A stretch of DNA of 64,000 nucleotides from Parcubacteria group bacterium (GCA_041661275.1 JBAZUU010000001.1:35493-99492), one strand, 5' to 3'; positions 9,708 to 18,470 are shown, numbered from the stretch's first letter. Notes: generated from the letters alone by a model not told the origin. Program-made: numbers and translations.

Positions 9708-10184
9708 ATGAATGTCAATAAAGTTCTTCTCGTGGGAAGACTGACTCGCGATCCGGAGTTGAGAACTACGTCGACCGGTCAGACTGTCGCCTCCATCTCT
9801 ATGGCGACCAACAGATTCTGGAAAGACAAAAACGGACAAAGACAGGATCAGACTGAATTTCACAATATTGTTCTTTGGGGAAGACTGGGTGAGATCGCCG
9901 GGCAATATCTGACTAAGGGCCAGGAATGCTATATCGAAGGAAGGATGCAGACTAGAAAATATACCGCCAAGGACGGCCAGGAAAGAAGAGCGACGGAAGT
10001 TGTCGCTGAAAATATGCAACTTGGCTCACGTCCGCAAGGACAAGGATCAGCGCCACGTTCCGGAGGATTCACTCCATCGGCTCCCGCCCAAAATCAAGCC
10101 GCGCAATCTGCTCCAGCCGAAGCACTTCCGACCATTAATCTTGATGAGGAGGAGGAAGTAAAAATTGAAGACGTACCGTTCTAA
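9708..10184 (+). CDS. ssb: single-stranded DNA-binding protein
   Basis: OB-fold N-terminus (LVGRLTRDPELR), Gly/Gln-rich linker, acidic C-terminus ending DVPF. Confidence 0.9.
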   Translation: MNVNKVLLVGRLTRDPELRTTSTGQTVASISMATNRFWKDKNGQRQDQTEFHNIVLWGRLGEIAGQYLTKGQECYIEGRMQTRKYTAKDGQERRATEVVAENMQLGSRPQGQGSAPRSGGFTPSAPAQNQAAQSAPAEALPTINLDEEEEVKIEDVPF

Positions 10185-10240
10185 TCTCTACTAATTACTA
10201 ATCAAATACTAATATACCAATCTCTTTTATTTGTAATTAG

Positions 10241-10270
10241 TATATTCGTACAAAATTCGTAATTCGTAGA
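10241..10270 (+). promoter_or_regulatory. TTCGTA-array motif upstream of rpsR
   Basis: tatattcgtacaaaattcgtaattcgtagag differs at 3 of 31 positions from the 7901-7930 element. Confidence 0.4.
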
Positions 10271-10291
10271 GAAAGAATTAATTTATTGTAA

Positions 10292-10519
10292 ATGAACCAT
10301 ATGAACGAAGTTAACGAAAAAAAGCTTTGCCATTTCTGCCAGAATAAAATAGACAAAATCGATTTTAAGGATGCCTATCTCATCCGTCGTTTTATGAATT
10401 CCCAGGGAAAGATCTATCCTCCCAAAAAACATGGGACCTGCGCTAAGCATCAAAGAACGCTGGCTAACGCCATCAAAAAAGCGCGAACCATGGCTCTTGT
10501 GCCATTTGTCGCCCGATAA
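10292..10519 (+). CDS. rpsR: 30S ribosomal protein S18
   Basis: CHFC...IDFKDAYLIRRF....PPKKHGTCAKHQRTLANAIKKAR is the S18 signature. Confidence 0.9.
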   Translation: MNHMNEVNEKKLCHFCQNKIDKIDFKDAYLIRRFMNSQGKIYPPKKHGTCAKHQRTLANAIKKARTMALVPFVAR

Positions 10520-10523
10520 TTTT

Positions 10524-11081
10524 ATGCTGAATATTTCTGAAATAAAAACAGGAAAGAATATAGTTTGGAATGACATTCCCTATGTCGTCCTCCATCATGA
10601 ACATTCCAAGACCGGCCGGGCTGGCGCGGTTCTGCGCACCCGATTAAAAAATCTTTTGACCGGAGCGGTGATGGAAAAAACATTTCAGGGTTCAGAAGCT
10701 GTGACCGAAGCAGACATCACCAAGTCTAAAGCACAGTATACCTATCGCGAAGGCAATGATTATAATTTCATGGACAATGAATCCTTCGAACAATTTTCTC
10801 TTTCCAAAGATGTCCTGGTCGATAGCGCTGACTATCTAATCGAGGGAACAGAAGTGACACTTCTAAATTTCAACGGGCTACCTATCAATATCGAGTTGCC
10901 AATAAAAGTAAAATTAGTCGTGATAGAAGCTCCCCCGGGAATAAAAGGTAATACCGTTTCTACCGGAGGAAAAGTAGTGAAATTGGAAACAGGGTTGAGG
11001 GTTAGCACGCCTCTTTTTGTTCGGGAGGGAGATGAAATAATAGTTAATACGGAAAAAGGCGAATATGTTTCACGAGCCTAA
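10524..11081 (+). CDS. efp: elongation factor P
   Basis: EF-P-like N-terminus (ISEIKTGKNIVWNDIPYVVL..HSKTGRAGA). Start placed at the ATG at 10524 just after the rpsR stop. Confidence 0.85.
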   Translation: MLNISEIKTGKNIVWNDIPYVVLHHEHSKTGRAGAVLRTRLKNLLTGAVMEKTFQGSEAVTEADITKSKAQYTYREGNDYNFMDNESFEQFSLSKDVLVDSADYLIEGTEVTLLNFNGLPINIELPIKVKLVVIEAPPGIKGNTVSTGGKVVKLETGLRVSTPLFVREGDEIIVNTEKGEYVSRA

Positions 11082-11527
11082 TGACTACATTTTCTATAAA
11101 TAAAAGAGCCCATTTCGACTATGAGATCCTGGAAAAATACGAGGCCGGATTGGTATTAGCAGGACACGAAGTGAAATCGATAAAAACGGGACACGTGAGC
11201 TTGAAAGAAAGTTTTGTCACAATACACGGGGAGGAGTTATATCTGACCAATGCCCACATACCGCCATATAAGCACGCCGGAAAAATTGCCGATTATGATC
11301 CGACGCGACCGCGAAAATTACTCCTCAAAAAATCTGAAATCAAGCATTTGATAGGACAAGCGCGCACAAAAGGCTTGACACTCGTGCCAATTCGAATGTA
11401 TACTAAAAGACGACTCTTGAAGCTGGAATTCGGCTTGGGTAAGGGAAAAAAGGAATATGATAAGAGAAATAAGATCAAAAAGAGAGAGGACGAAAAAGGG
11501 ATGAGGAGAATGATGAAAAATTTGTAG
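11081..11527 (+). CDS. smpB: SsrA-binding protein SmpB
   Basis: 148 aa with SmpB-like motifs. Sits immediately upstream of tmRNA. Confidence 0.9.
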   Translation: MTTFSINKRAHFDYEILEKYEAGLVLAGHEVKSIKTGHVSLKESFVTIHGEELYLTNAHIPPYKHAGKIADYDPTRPRKLLLKKSEIKHLIGQARTKGLTLVPIRMYTKRRLLKLEFGLGKGKKEYDKRNKIKKREDEKGMRRMMKNL

Positions 11528-11590
11528 TTTTTAATTTGAAATTTGGAAATTAAAAATTGGAAATTAAAAATTCGAGCGAAGCGAGTATCC

Positions 11591-11985
11591 GGGGATGAAC
11601 TGGTTTCGACAGATTGTACATTTAAAATATGCAAGCCGGGCCGAATACCCGTAAAAATATTCAAAATGTTATAAGTGCAAACTTACTAACGAAGGCAAAA
11701 ACTGTATTCGCGCAAGCGTTTACTTCAAATTTTGCTTACGCTACAGCCTAATTAATTTTAGACAGTAGCCATCGAACTGTCGAAGTCTCATAGACAGAAC
11801 TTGGTGTCAAACATGAGAATAGCGCGGATTGCATTTCCTTGGCAATATGCGTAAAATAAACATAGGGATAAGTTGAAGTAATTTTTTCTATTTTTATCTT
11901 TAACTGAAATTACCAAATAGGATAAGCTTGTAGATTATTTTGAATGAATAATTTTGGACGCGAGTTCGATTCTCGCCATCTCCAC
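11591..11985 (+). ncRNA. ssrA: tmRNA (SsrA)
   Basis: 5' GGGGATGAACTGGTTTCGAC. 3' GGACGCGAGTTCGATTCTCGCCATCTCCA is the tRNA-like T-arm/acceptor. Internal tag ORF is ...NFAYATA followed by TAA. Confidence 0.8.
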
Positions 11986-12000
11986 ATAGCGATGCCAATC

Positions 12001-12070
12001 TACGAATGCATGCGAATGTCACGAATAGTTCGCATCATTCGCATGTGGTTCGTATCGTTCGTATCGCTAC
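12001..12070 (+). promoter_or_regulatory. nested palindromes rich in TTCGCA/TTCGTA units in the infC leader
   Basis: atgcgaatg...cattcgcat and cgaatagttcg palindromes. Candidate operator for the infC-rpmI-rplT operon. Confidence 0.35.
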
Positions 12071-12170
12071 TAATTAGTAACATAAATATATCAGACGAAC
12101 ATTTCAGAGAAGGCCTTTTGTAAAAAAGGAACCTCTAACCAGGATCAATGAGCGAATTTGGGCGCGCGAA

Positions 12171-12635
12171 GTGCGTGTTATCGGCGCGGAAGGTGAACAA
12201 TTAGGTGTTATGCCGCCCCAACAGGCAATCCTCATTGCCAAGGAAAACGGCTTGGATCTTGTTGAAGTTTCTCCTAAAGCCGTGCCTCCAGTTTGCCGCA
12301 TCATGGATTTTGGAAAATTTCAATATCAAAAATCGAGACAGGAAAGACAAAATAAATCCAAGCAGAAGAAATTTGAGATAAAGGGAATCCGCTTGGGAGT
12401 CAGGACTGATGACCATGATTTGAATTTTAAAAAAGATCAAGCCGATAAATTTCTGAAAAAAGGAAATAAGGTGAAGATTGAGATAATCCTGCGAGGTCGT
12501 GAAAAGGCTCATCAGGATCTCGCCAGAACCAATCTTATAAACTTTTTGAAATCCATTGTTACTGATTATAAAGTCGAACAGGATATAAAAAGATTCCCAG
12601 GAGGATTCAATGTAATAATAACCCCCAATAACTAA
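12171..12635 (+). CDS. infC: translation initiation factor IF-3; true start probably an upstream non-AUG codon (ATC/ATT near 12144)
   Basis: In-frame upstream codons encode INERIWAREVRVIGAEGEQLGV, matching IF3 N-termini. There is no ATG. The tracked ORF begins at GTG 12171. Confidence 0.85.
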   Translation: MRVIGAEGEQLGVMPPQQAILIAKENGLDLVEVSPKAVPPVCRIMDFGKFQYQKSRQERQNKSKQKKFEIKGIRLGVRTDDHDLNFKKDQADKFLKKGNKVKIEIILRGREKAHQDLARTNLINFLKSIVTDYKVEQDIKRFPGGFNVIITPNN

Positions 12636-12639
12636 CAAC

Positions 12640-12837
12640 ATGCCAAAGCTAAAAACTCACAAAGCCCTGATAAAAAGAATAAAGATATCCAAAAGAAGAA
12701 AGGTGCTGAAGCGCGCCACCGGGCAGAATCACTATAATTCCAAGGAAACGGGAAAGGCGGGACGAGCCAAAAAAAGCGATAATCGACTTTTTAAGGCCGA
12801 CGAAAAGAATGTCCTCAACGCTTTGCCATACGCTTAA
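12640..12837 (+). CDS. rpmI: 50S ribosomal protein L35
   Basis: MPKLKTHKALIKRIK... Length 65 aa. Confidence 0.9.
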   Translation: MPKLKTHKALIKRIKISKRRKVLKRATGQNHYNSKETGKAGRAKKSDNRLFKADEKNVLNALPYA

Positions 12838-12861
12838 ATTATAATTACCTAATACCTCTAT

Positions 12862-13206
12862 ATGACACGAGTGAAACGCGGTGTTGCCGCTAAAAAAAGA
12901 AGAAAAAATCTTTTGGCTGATGCCAAGGGTTATCGCTGGAAAAGAAAATCACACTATAGGACTGCCAAGCAGGCAGTGATAAAGGCTGGCCGATATGCCC
13001 TTCGCGATCGCCGCGCCAAGAAAAGAACAATGCGAGCACTTTGGATAACCCGACTTAACATCGCTCTTCGAGAACATGGGCTGAAATATAGCACATTCAT
13101 CAAAACCTTGAGCGACAAGAAAATTGAAGTCGACAGGAAAGTTATGTCGCAGATGGCTATGGATGATCCAAAGGTTTTCGTGAAATTCCTGGAAGCGGTA
13201 AAATAA
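12862..13206 (+). CDS. rplT: 50S ribosomal protein L20
   Basis: MTRVKRGVAAKKRRK...ALRDRRAKKR. Length 114 aa. Confidence 0.9.
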   Translation: MTRVKRGVAAKKRRKNLLADAKGYRWKRKSHYRTAKQAVIKAGRYALRDRRAKKRTMRALWITRLNIALREHGLKYSTFIKTLSDKKIEVDRKVMSQMAMDDPKVFVKFLEAVK

Positions 13207-13228
13207 ACCGACATTTACAATACATAAA

Positions 13229-13258
13229 AAAACTCCCGCTTATTTGCGGGTGTTTTTT
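13229..13258 (+). terminator. rho-independent terminator after rplT
   Basis: cccgc-ttatttg-cggg followed by tttttt. Confidence 0.5.
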
Positions 13259-13274
13259 ATTCGTACATTTGTAG

Positions 13275-13460
13275 TTACTTCTTCAAAATAACCTCCCTTA
13301 TTAATCTTTGCAAGGCGTAAAATGGCAACCAAATCCATTTGGTTTTTCCAGCCCACTTATCCATAAAGGCATTGGGATTGGTCATAGTCAGATCAACAAC
13401 AAGATAGATTATGAATATTGGAATTATTATGATTATGGCCAGAATTATATACGGATTCAT
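13275..13460 (-). CDS. small membrane protein (hypothetical)
   Basis: 61 aa, hydrophobic. Its start overlaps the upstream HAD gene stop in an ATGA overlap, which suggests coupling. Confidence 0.4.
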   Translation of the reverse strand: MNPYIILAIIIIIPIFIIYLVVDLTMTNPNAFMDKWAGKTKWIWLPFYALQRLIREVILKK

Positions 13461-14170
13461 ATGGTTTGATTAGTTTTAATAGAATTGTTTATTTCATAGA
13501 TAACATCCTTTTTCTCAACCACAATTTTCCAACCTTTTTCCAGAGCCATAGCATGTAAATTGGAATTGGGATTAAAGGCAATGGGGTTTTCGACAATCTC
13601 CAAAAATTTAGCGTCTGATTCCGTATCGCCTACTCCATAAGAACCTTCAAAGGTCAATTTATTTTCCATAACATATTGTTTGACCACGTGACCCTTGTGG
13701 ATAGTCGGCTCAAAAAGGGCTTTTCCAGTATAATACCCGTCTTCGTCCGTTTCATAGACAGAACCAAAAACAGCATTAAATCCCAGATATTTATTATATT
13801 CTTCCACTATCTCAATGGGCGATCCGGAAACAGCGATGATATGATAATCTTCTTTTTTCAATTTATCAATCAGCTGGTTGGCATAAATATATGACCTGTC
13901 CTTATAGAATGGCATGGCTTCCCGACTGGCTTCTATTATATCAGATTTTTTGCATCCTTTGAGATTTTCAGCGTAAAGAATAACCAATGCCTTCCTGTAT
14001 TCTTCGTATGTTCCTTTATGATCCAGCCAGCGAGTGTAAAGGCTGATGAGTGTTTTCCTCACCTTTTTGTCAAAAATATTCATCCAGGCCAATTGATCAA
14101 TCAGCTCAAAAGCCAGGTTTTTCCTGAAAATTGTTCCGTCTATATCAAATATGGCGATTTTTTGAGTCAT
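13457..14170 (-). CDS. HAD-IB hydrolase (phosphoserine-phosphatase-like)
   Basis: IAIFDIDGTIF is the DxDGT motif. Length 237 aa. Confidence 0.7.
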   Translation of the reverse strand: MTQKIAIFDIDGTIFRKNLAFELIDQLAWMNIFDKKVRKTLISLYTRWLDHKGTYEEYRKALVILYAENLKGCKKSDIIEASREAMPFYKDRSYIYANQLIDKLKKEDYHIIAVSGSPIEIVEEYNKYLGFNAVFGSVYETDEDGYYTGKALFEPTIHKGHVVKQYVMENKLTFEGSYGVGDTESDAKFLEIVENPIAFNPNSNLHAMALEKGWKIVVEKKDVIYEINNSIKTNQTI

Positions 14171-14340
14171 ATAATTCTAAACTATCATGAAATAATACGG
14201 AAGATAAAAAATTTGAAAAAATACTGTTTGAGAGTTCCAATTTTCCCCAAAATTTTCCTTCGGCAGCCGTCGATTGAGGGGAAATTTTGGCAGGAAAATT
14301 GAGAGCTCGAGTTTATTTTTGAAAATTTTTTATCTTCTGG

Positions 14341-14826
14341 CTATGCCATAAGTTGGTACATAGCGATTCCTGCTGACACGGAAACATTAAGCGATTCCTT
14401 TTTCCCGCGCATAGGAATTTCGAGAACCACATCCGCCTTTTTTATTATATCTTTGTCCAATCCCCTCACCTCATTGCCTAAGATCAGGGCACAAGGAAAA
14501 GTCGGTTTATATTTATTTATAGCCACGCTATTTTTTGCCTGCTCCAGGGCTATAATTTTTACTTTTTCTTTTTTCAGTTTTTCTATAACTACGCTAATAT
14601 TTTTGGCCCTTTCCCAACTCACTGTTTTTTCCGCGCCGAGTGCTGTTTTAGCCATCATCTTTTGCGCGGTAGTCGGATAAGCTTCTTTTCGAGCATCATA
14701 TGGCGCCGGTGAAAACCCGGTCAAAAATATTTTTGACACCCCCGCGCCATCAGCAGTCCGAAAAATAGAGCCGACGTTATAGGCGCTTCGAACATTATGT
14801 ATTATGACGTATAATCTTTTATCCAT
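14341..14826 (-). CDS. SpoU/TrmH-family RNA 2'-O-methyltransferase (TrmL-like)
   Basis: 161 aa. Has the SPOUT knot motifs (NVGSIFRTA, LILGNEVRGL). Confidence 0.75.
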   Translation of the reverse strand: MDKRLYVIIHNVRSAYNVGSIFRTADGAGVSKIFLTGFSPAPYDARKEAYPTTAQKMMAKTALGAEKTVSWERAKNISVVIEKLKKEKVKIIALEQAKNSVAINKYKPTFPCALILGNEVRGLDKDIIKKADVVLEIPMRGKKESLNVSVSAGIAMYQLMA

Positions 14827-14829
14827 TAC

Positions 14830-15003
14830 TTAAACTGTTCGCACCTTAACATAAAGTCCATAAATAGCCAAAGCGACAGCAATAAGGATCCACTGTGTTC
14901 CGGCTAAATTTAGAAGATCTCCTTTGACCAAAAAATCGTATCCGGCAAAAAGCACCGCCAGAATCGACAGTCCCATAAGAATATCCGGTAATTTATTCAT
15001 CAT
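14830..15003 (-). CDS. small hydrophobic protein (57 aa), hypothetical
   Basis: Manually translated: MMNKLPDILMGLSILAVLFAGYDFLVKGDLLNLAGTQWILIAVALAIYGLYVKVRTV. Not in the ORF track because it is under 60 aa. Confidence 0.3.
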   Translation of the reverse strand: MMNKLPDILMGLSILAVLFAGYDFLVKGDLLNLAGTQWILIAVALAIYGLYVKVRTV

Positions 15004-15058
15004 AATACACCTGCCTTTCTAATTCTATACCTATTTTCTTTATAGTAATTATAACATA

Positions 15059-15922
15059 CTATCTTTGCAATTTCTTTTTCTCCTGACTTTTCAGAAAATT
15101 TCCGCTAGTAATGACTTTTCTCCCGGTTTTTTGTTCCAAATCGATTCTTGCTTTTTTGGCAATTCTGCCACCTCTTTTGCCAGCAACTTTGTTTTCATCC
15201 ATACCTCTCGCTTCTGTTGTTTCGGCAATTTGTCTGGTAGAAAATTCGGCTAAGGCTGTAAAAATCAATTCCGCTTCACTCATATGATCACGCAGGTTTT
15301 GTGTTTTCAACCCTTTTAGGTTTTTATGCTCTTTTACCGTTAAGTCCGACCACTCTTGATGAATAATATTAGTAAGAATGGCAAATTCTTCTTTTTCTTT
15401 GATATCATTGGCGCTCCAATAGTCCGTCAGCTTGTTTCTTGTTTCTTGCCCCATCATTCTTCGCTGTATCCATTGTTGATTGCGCCCATGTTTTTTCCAA
15501 TTTTCCCGGGCGCGATTGAGCGACTTTTCCGGATCAGCTAATTCTTGAATTCTTTCATATCCAACTTTAGCTAACCACAATTTGATTGGCTCAGCCTTTT
15601 TTGACGGAACTGATTGAATAAGACGGAGGATGGTTTCCGGATTAGCCGCATCCGTAAGATACTTTTTACCATCAGCGGCTTCCAATTTCAGTTGGTTACA
15701 TTCCGTAACCGACTGATTTCCTTCCGTTTTCAAGCGATTTTTCAGCACTTTCCAATAATTTCTAGCTAATTGAAAATCCTTTTGATCAATCAGTACAGCA
15801 ATGATGTCGATTACAGAAAAATACCATACCTCCTCTTTTTCATTATAAAGACGTCGAATTTCAAAATTTTCAAAAATAGCTATTTCGTGGTTTATGTTTT
15901 TTTCCTTTGTTTTCTTTTTCAT
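15059..15922 (-). CDS. Bro-N / DNA-damage-inducible protein D (DinD)-like protein
   Basis: N-terminal Bro-N-like region (FENFEIRRLYNEKEEVWYFSVIDI). Overall resembles DinD/antirepressor family proteins. Confidence 0.6.
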   Translation of the reverse strand: MKKKTKEKNINHEIAIFENFEIRRLYNEKEEVWYFSVIDIIAVLIDQKDFQLARNYWKVLKNRLKTEGNQSVTECNQLKLEAADGKKYLTDAANPETILRLIQSVPSKKAEPIKLWLAKVGYERIQELADPEKSLNRARENWKKHGRNQQWIQRRMMGQETRNKLTDYWSANDIKEKEEFAILTNIIHQEWSDLTVKEHKNLKGLKTQNLRDHMSEAELIFTALAEFSTRQIAETTEARGMDENKVAGKRGGRIAKKARIDLEQKTGRKVITSGNFLKSQEKKKLQR

Positions 15923-15923
15923 T

Positions 15924-16922
15924 TTATTTTTTCATCCCTTTCTTTAACAACTTTTTTACTTCCCGATCAAAATCAGAGATATAATTTTTGTCTTGGTTCA
16001 CGCGATATTTTTCATATTCTTCCAGTGCCTTCTTTTCAGCCTGTTTCGCACTTACCTTGCCGGATGAATGCAATAAATCCTTTTCCGAAATGGTCAAAAA
16101 TTCATCCAGTTTTCTGATCCAATCCTGCATTTTCATCAAACGGCCACTACTGGCTTGCAACTCTGCGAAATCGATATAGAGCGAAACAATGAGATTCAGC
16201 TGATTTATTTCCCGTTCAGTTAGATAGTTTTTTGCGACAACAATGTCATCGGTCGTAATATAATCACTTCTGAAACTCGTGAGTCCCATCAGGGGTTTCT
16301 TACTATCGGCACGCCGGGCGACGATTTCAGCCGCCGTATGTCCATGCACCGCGTAATGCATCTTGTTCTGCACCGTAGCAAAGAATTTTTGTGTCAACTC
16401 GGCATCAATTTTATAGTCGATGCTTGTCGCATAAATATCAGTAACTTTCTGATAAAACCTTCGCTCACTACTCCTGATGTCGCGCACTCGTTGCAATAGT
16501 TCTTGGAAATAGCGTGCTCGACCACCAACTTGTTTGAGTCGTTCGTCGTCCATTGTAAAACCCTTAATCAGATACTCTCTCAGCCTTTCTGTCGCCCATT
16601 TGCGAAATTGCATCCCCCTATCCGATCGTACACAATAGCCAACAGCCAGAATTACATCTAAATCGTAGTGTTTTGCGTTATAACTTTTGCCATCCGCGGC
16701 AGTTATTCGGAAATTCCTAATAACTGAATTTTCGTCCAATTCACCATCTCCAAATATATTTTTCAAATGTTCGTTGACCGTGGGAACGCTCACATCAAAA
16801 AGCTCAGCAATCAGTTTTTGCGTCAACCAAACATTTTCTCCTTCAATTCTAACATGAATTTTTTGCTCATCGCCAAGAGCTTGATAGATGGCAATTTGCG
16901 GTTTTTTATTCTCCTTTTTCAT
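15924..16922 (-). CDS. RhuM-family protein (virulence/anti-defense associated, HTH)
   Basis: VWLTQKLIAELFDVSVPTVNEHLKNIF...VGYCVRSDRGMQFRKWATERLREYLIKGFTMDDERLK matches RhuM family signature blocks. Confidence 0.75.
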   Translation of the reverse strand: MKKENKKPQIAIYQALGDEQKIHVRIEGENVWLTQKLIAELFDVSVPTVNEHLKNIFGDGELDENSVIRNFRITAADGKSYNAKHYDLDVILAVGYCVRSDRGMQFRKWATERLREYLIKGFTMDDERLKQVGGRARYFQELLQRVRDIRSSERRFYQKVTDIYATSIDYKIDAELTQKFFATVQNKMHYAVHGHTAAEIVARRADSKKPLMGLTSFRSDYITTDDIVVAKNYLTEREINQLNLIVSLYIDFAELQASSGRLMKMQDWIRKLDEFLTISEKDLLHSSGKVSAKQAEKKALEEYEKYRVNQDKNYISDFDREVKKLLKKGMKK

Positions 16923-16939
16923 ATTATTCTGCTAACGGT

Positions 16940-18037
16940 TTATAGTGATATAATATCACTATAACCCTCCCTGTCCAGCTCACTGCTGTGGATAACTTTT
17001 ATCTTCCTCGTAATTCCATGCCCGTTGCAGTGTTTCAAAATCCCCGAATACGACTGCAAGCTCTGGCCAAACGATTCTCTGGAAACTAATTTTTCTCGAA
17101 ACATCTTATGTTTCAGTGATAACTTATGGAATATCCGCCTCTTTGTTTTTGTCCTCAAAACTCTATGGTGCGGTAAAACTATATATCCCAGAAAATCAAT
17201 TCCTTGCCTTAGTTTTCTGATAATAATTTTATCAGGATGCAGTTTTAATTTTAATTCCTGTTCGAGAAACTTTCCTATTTCTGGAATTAATTTTTCTAAA
17301 TATTTTTTGTCTTCCAACAAAATAATGAAGTCATCGCAATACCGCAGATAGTATTTTTCTTTTAGCTTATGTTTAATAAACTGATCGAGTTCATTGAGAT
17401 AAATATTGGCAAATATCTGGCTGGTCACGTTGCCCAGCGGCAATCCTGAATCGAAACTTTTGATAATTGTTTCAATAAGCCAAATAGCATTTTTATCGTC
17501 AATCTTCTTTTGAATAAGTTCCAATAATATTTCCTGGTCAATCGAATCAAAAAACCTTTTGATATCGCATTTGAGCGCGTAAATATTTCTATTATTATTT
17601 CGACTGGCTTTCCGACAAAATTGCTCTAATCTTAGAACCGCCCGGTGCGTTCCTTTTTCTACTCGGCAGGAATATGAATCAAAAATGAAAATTTTGTCGA
17701 AAATGGGGTATAATATTCTGAAAATGGCGTGGTGCAGAACGCGATCTCGCACGCAAGCTTTATGAATTCGCCGCAATTTTGGATCGTGCACGTTAAATGC
17801 GGTATAATGGGAATGTTGGTAGGTTTTGTTTTTTAGCTCGCAGTGGAGTTGAAACAAGTTATCTTCCAGACTAAATTCAAGTTCCTGAACGTCTGGCTTA
17901 TTTTTTTTGCCATTTCGAAATTCCTGCCAGGCTAAAAACAAATTTTCCAAGCTAATAATTTTTTCAAATATATTATGACAAATTTCGTCCCCACTAAAGC
18001 CCCCCCCCAAGGAGTTTCCGGTATTAATGTTGTTCAT
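16940..18037 (-). CDS. diversity-generating retroelement (DGR) reverse transcriptase
   Basis: RT domain with the YCDD active site. Motif 4 reads LGNVTSQ, the DGR-specific [I/L/V]GxxxSQ form, in place of QGxxSP. Located 330 bp from a TR/VR pair. Confidence 0.85.
   Translation of the reverse strand: MNNINTGNSLGGGFSGDEICHNIFEKIISLENLFLAWQEFRNGKKNKPDVQELEFSLEDNLFQLHCELKNKTYQHSHYTAFNVHDPKLRRIHKACVRDRVLHHAIFRILYPIFDKIFIFDSYSCRVEKGTHRAVLRLEQFCRKASRNNNRNIYALKCDIKRFFDSIDQEILLELIQKKIDDKNAIWLIETIIKSFDSGLPLGNVTSQIFANIYLNELDQFIKHKLKEKYYLRYCDDFIILLEDKKYLEKLIPEIGKFLEQELKLKLHPDKIIIRKLRQGIDFLGYIVLPHHRVLRTKTKRRIFHKLSLKHKMFREKLVSRESFGQSLQSYSGILKHCNGHGITRKIKVIHSSELDREGYSDIISL
16941..16998 (-). promoter_or_regulatory. 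promoter/operator element A: 23-bp palindrome tatagtgatataatatcactata (extended -10 TGaTATAAT / TGaTATTAT), upstream TGGACA -35, and 13-mer AAGTTATCCACAG
   Basis: Palindrome at 16941-16963. On the minus strand it reads TGGACA-16-TGaTATTAT ahead of the rhuM start 16922. ctgtggataactt at 16986-16998 is the reverse complement of AAGTTATCCACAG. Confidence 0.55.
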
Positions 18038-18373
18038 AAAAATAGCAAGCCTAAATTATTTATTGACCTTGAAAAATTATACGGCGACTGCTATGATCGC
18101 GTAAAAAATTTTCCCAAGCTGGATAAAAATCTCCTTGGAAAAGAAATTTTACAATTTTTGAACGATACGCACAAAGCCTCTTTGATCTCAATCTACGCTC
18201 CTTCTTATCTTCCTTTAGCCAGCGCTAATTTCGATCTGTTCAAAAAATCATTGCGGATTGCCGTGGACAAAAAATTCATTTCCTGCGGCTGGTATTCGGC
18301 TCATTTTGAAATTATCGTTTCCATTGGAAGAGATATCGGAAAATGGCTAAAAACAAAACGCCCGAAGTGCTAG
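17975..18373 (+). CDS. 132-aa ORF antisense to the RT-TR spacer; possible accessory (Avd-like?) protein or spurious
   Basis: An unusually long open frame for an AT-rich genome. Has a weak DCYD match to the Bordetella Avd N-terminus. It overlaps the RT 5' end and sits on the opposite strand. Confidence 0.2.
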   Translation: MTNFVPTKAPPQGVSGINVVHKNSKPKLFIDLEKLYGDCYDRVKNFPKLDKNLLGKEILQFLNDTHKASLISIYAPSYLPLASANFDLFKKSLRIAVDKKFISCGWYSAHFEIIVSIGRDIGKWLKTKRPKC

Positions 18374-18470
18374 GGCGAGGCGCAACCGGTTGACGCTGTT
18401 GGAGTTGTCGGCATCGTTCGAGTTGAGGTTGAACTCGCTGTCGTACGAGTCGGCAATGCCACACGAGACA
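18373..18470 (-). repeat. DGR template repeat (TR)
   Basis: 98 bp aligning with 18825-18922 at offset 452. Carries A (coding strand) at all 14 mismatch positions. The coding-strand 3' 32 bp are invariant (IMH-like). Confidence 0.8.

Noticed and set aside
16940-18037. Reading the RT as a retron or group II intron RT
   Set aside because: Motif 4 is LGxxxSQ, not QGxxSP. An adjacent TR/VR pair with adenine-only mismatches is present. No intron domain or retron msr/msd-like structure was recognised.
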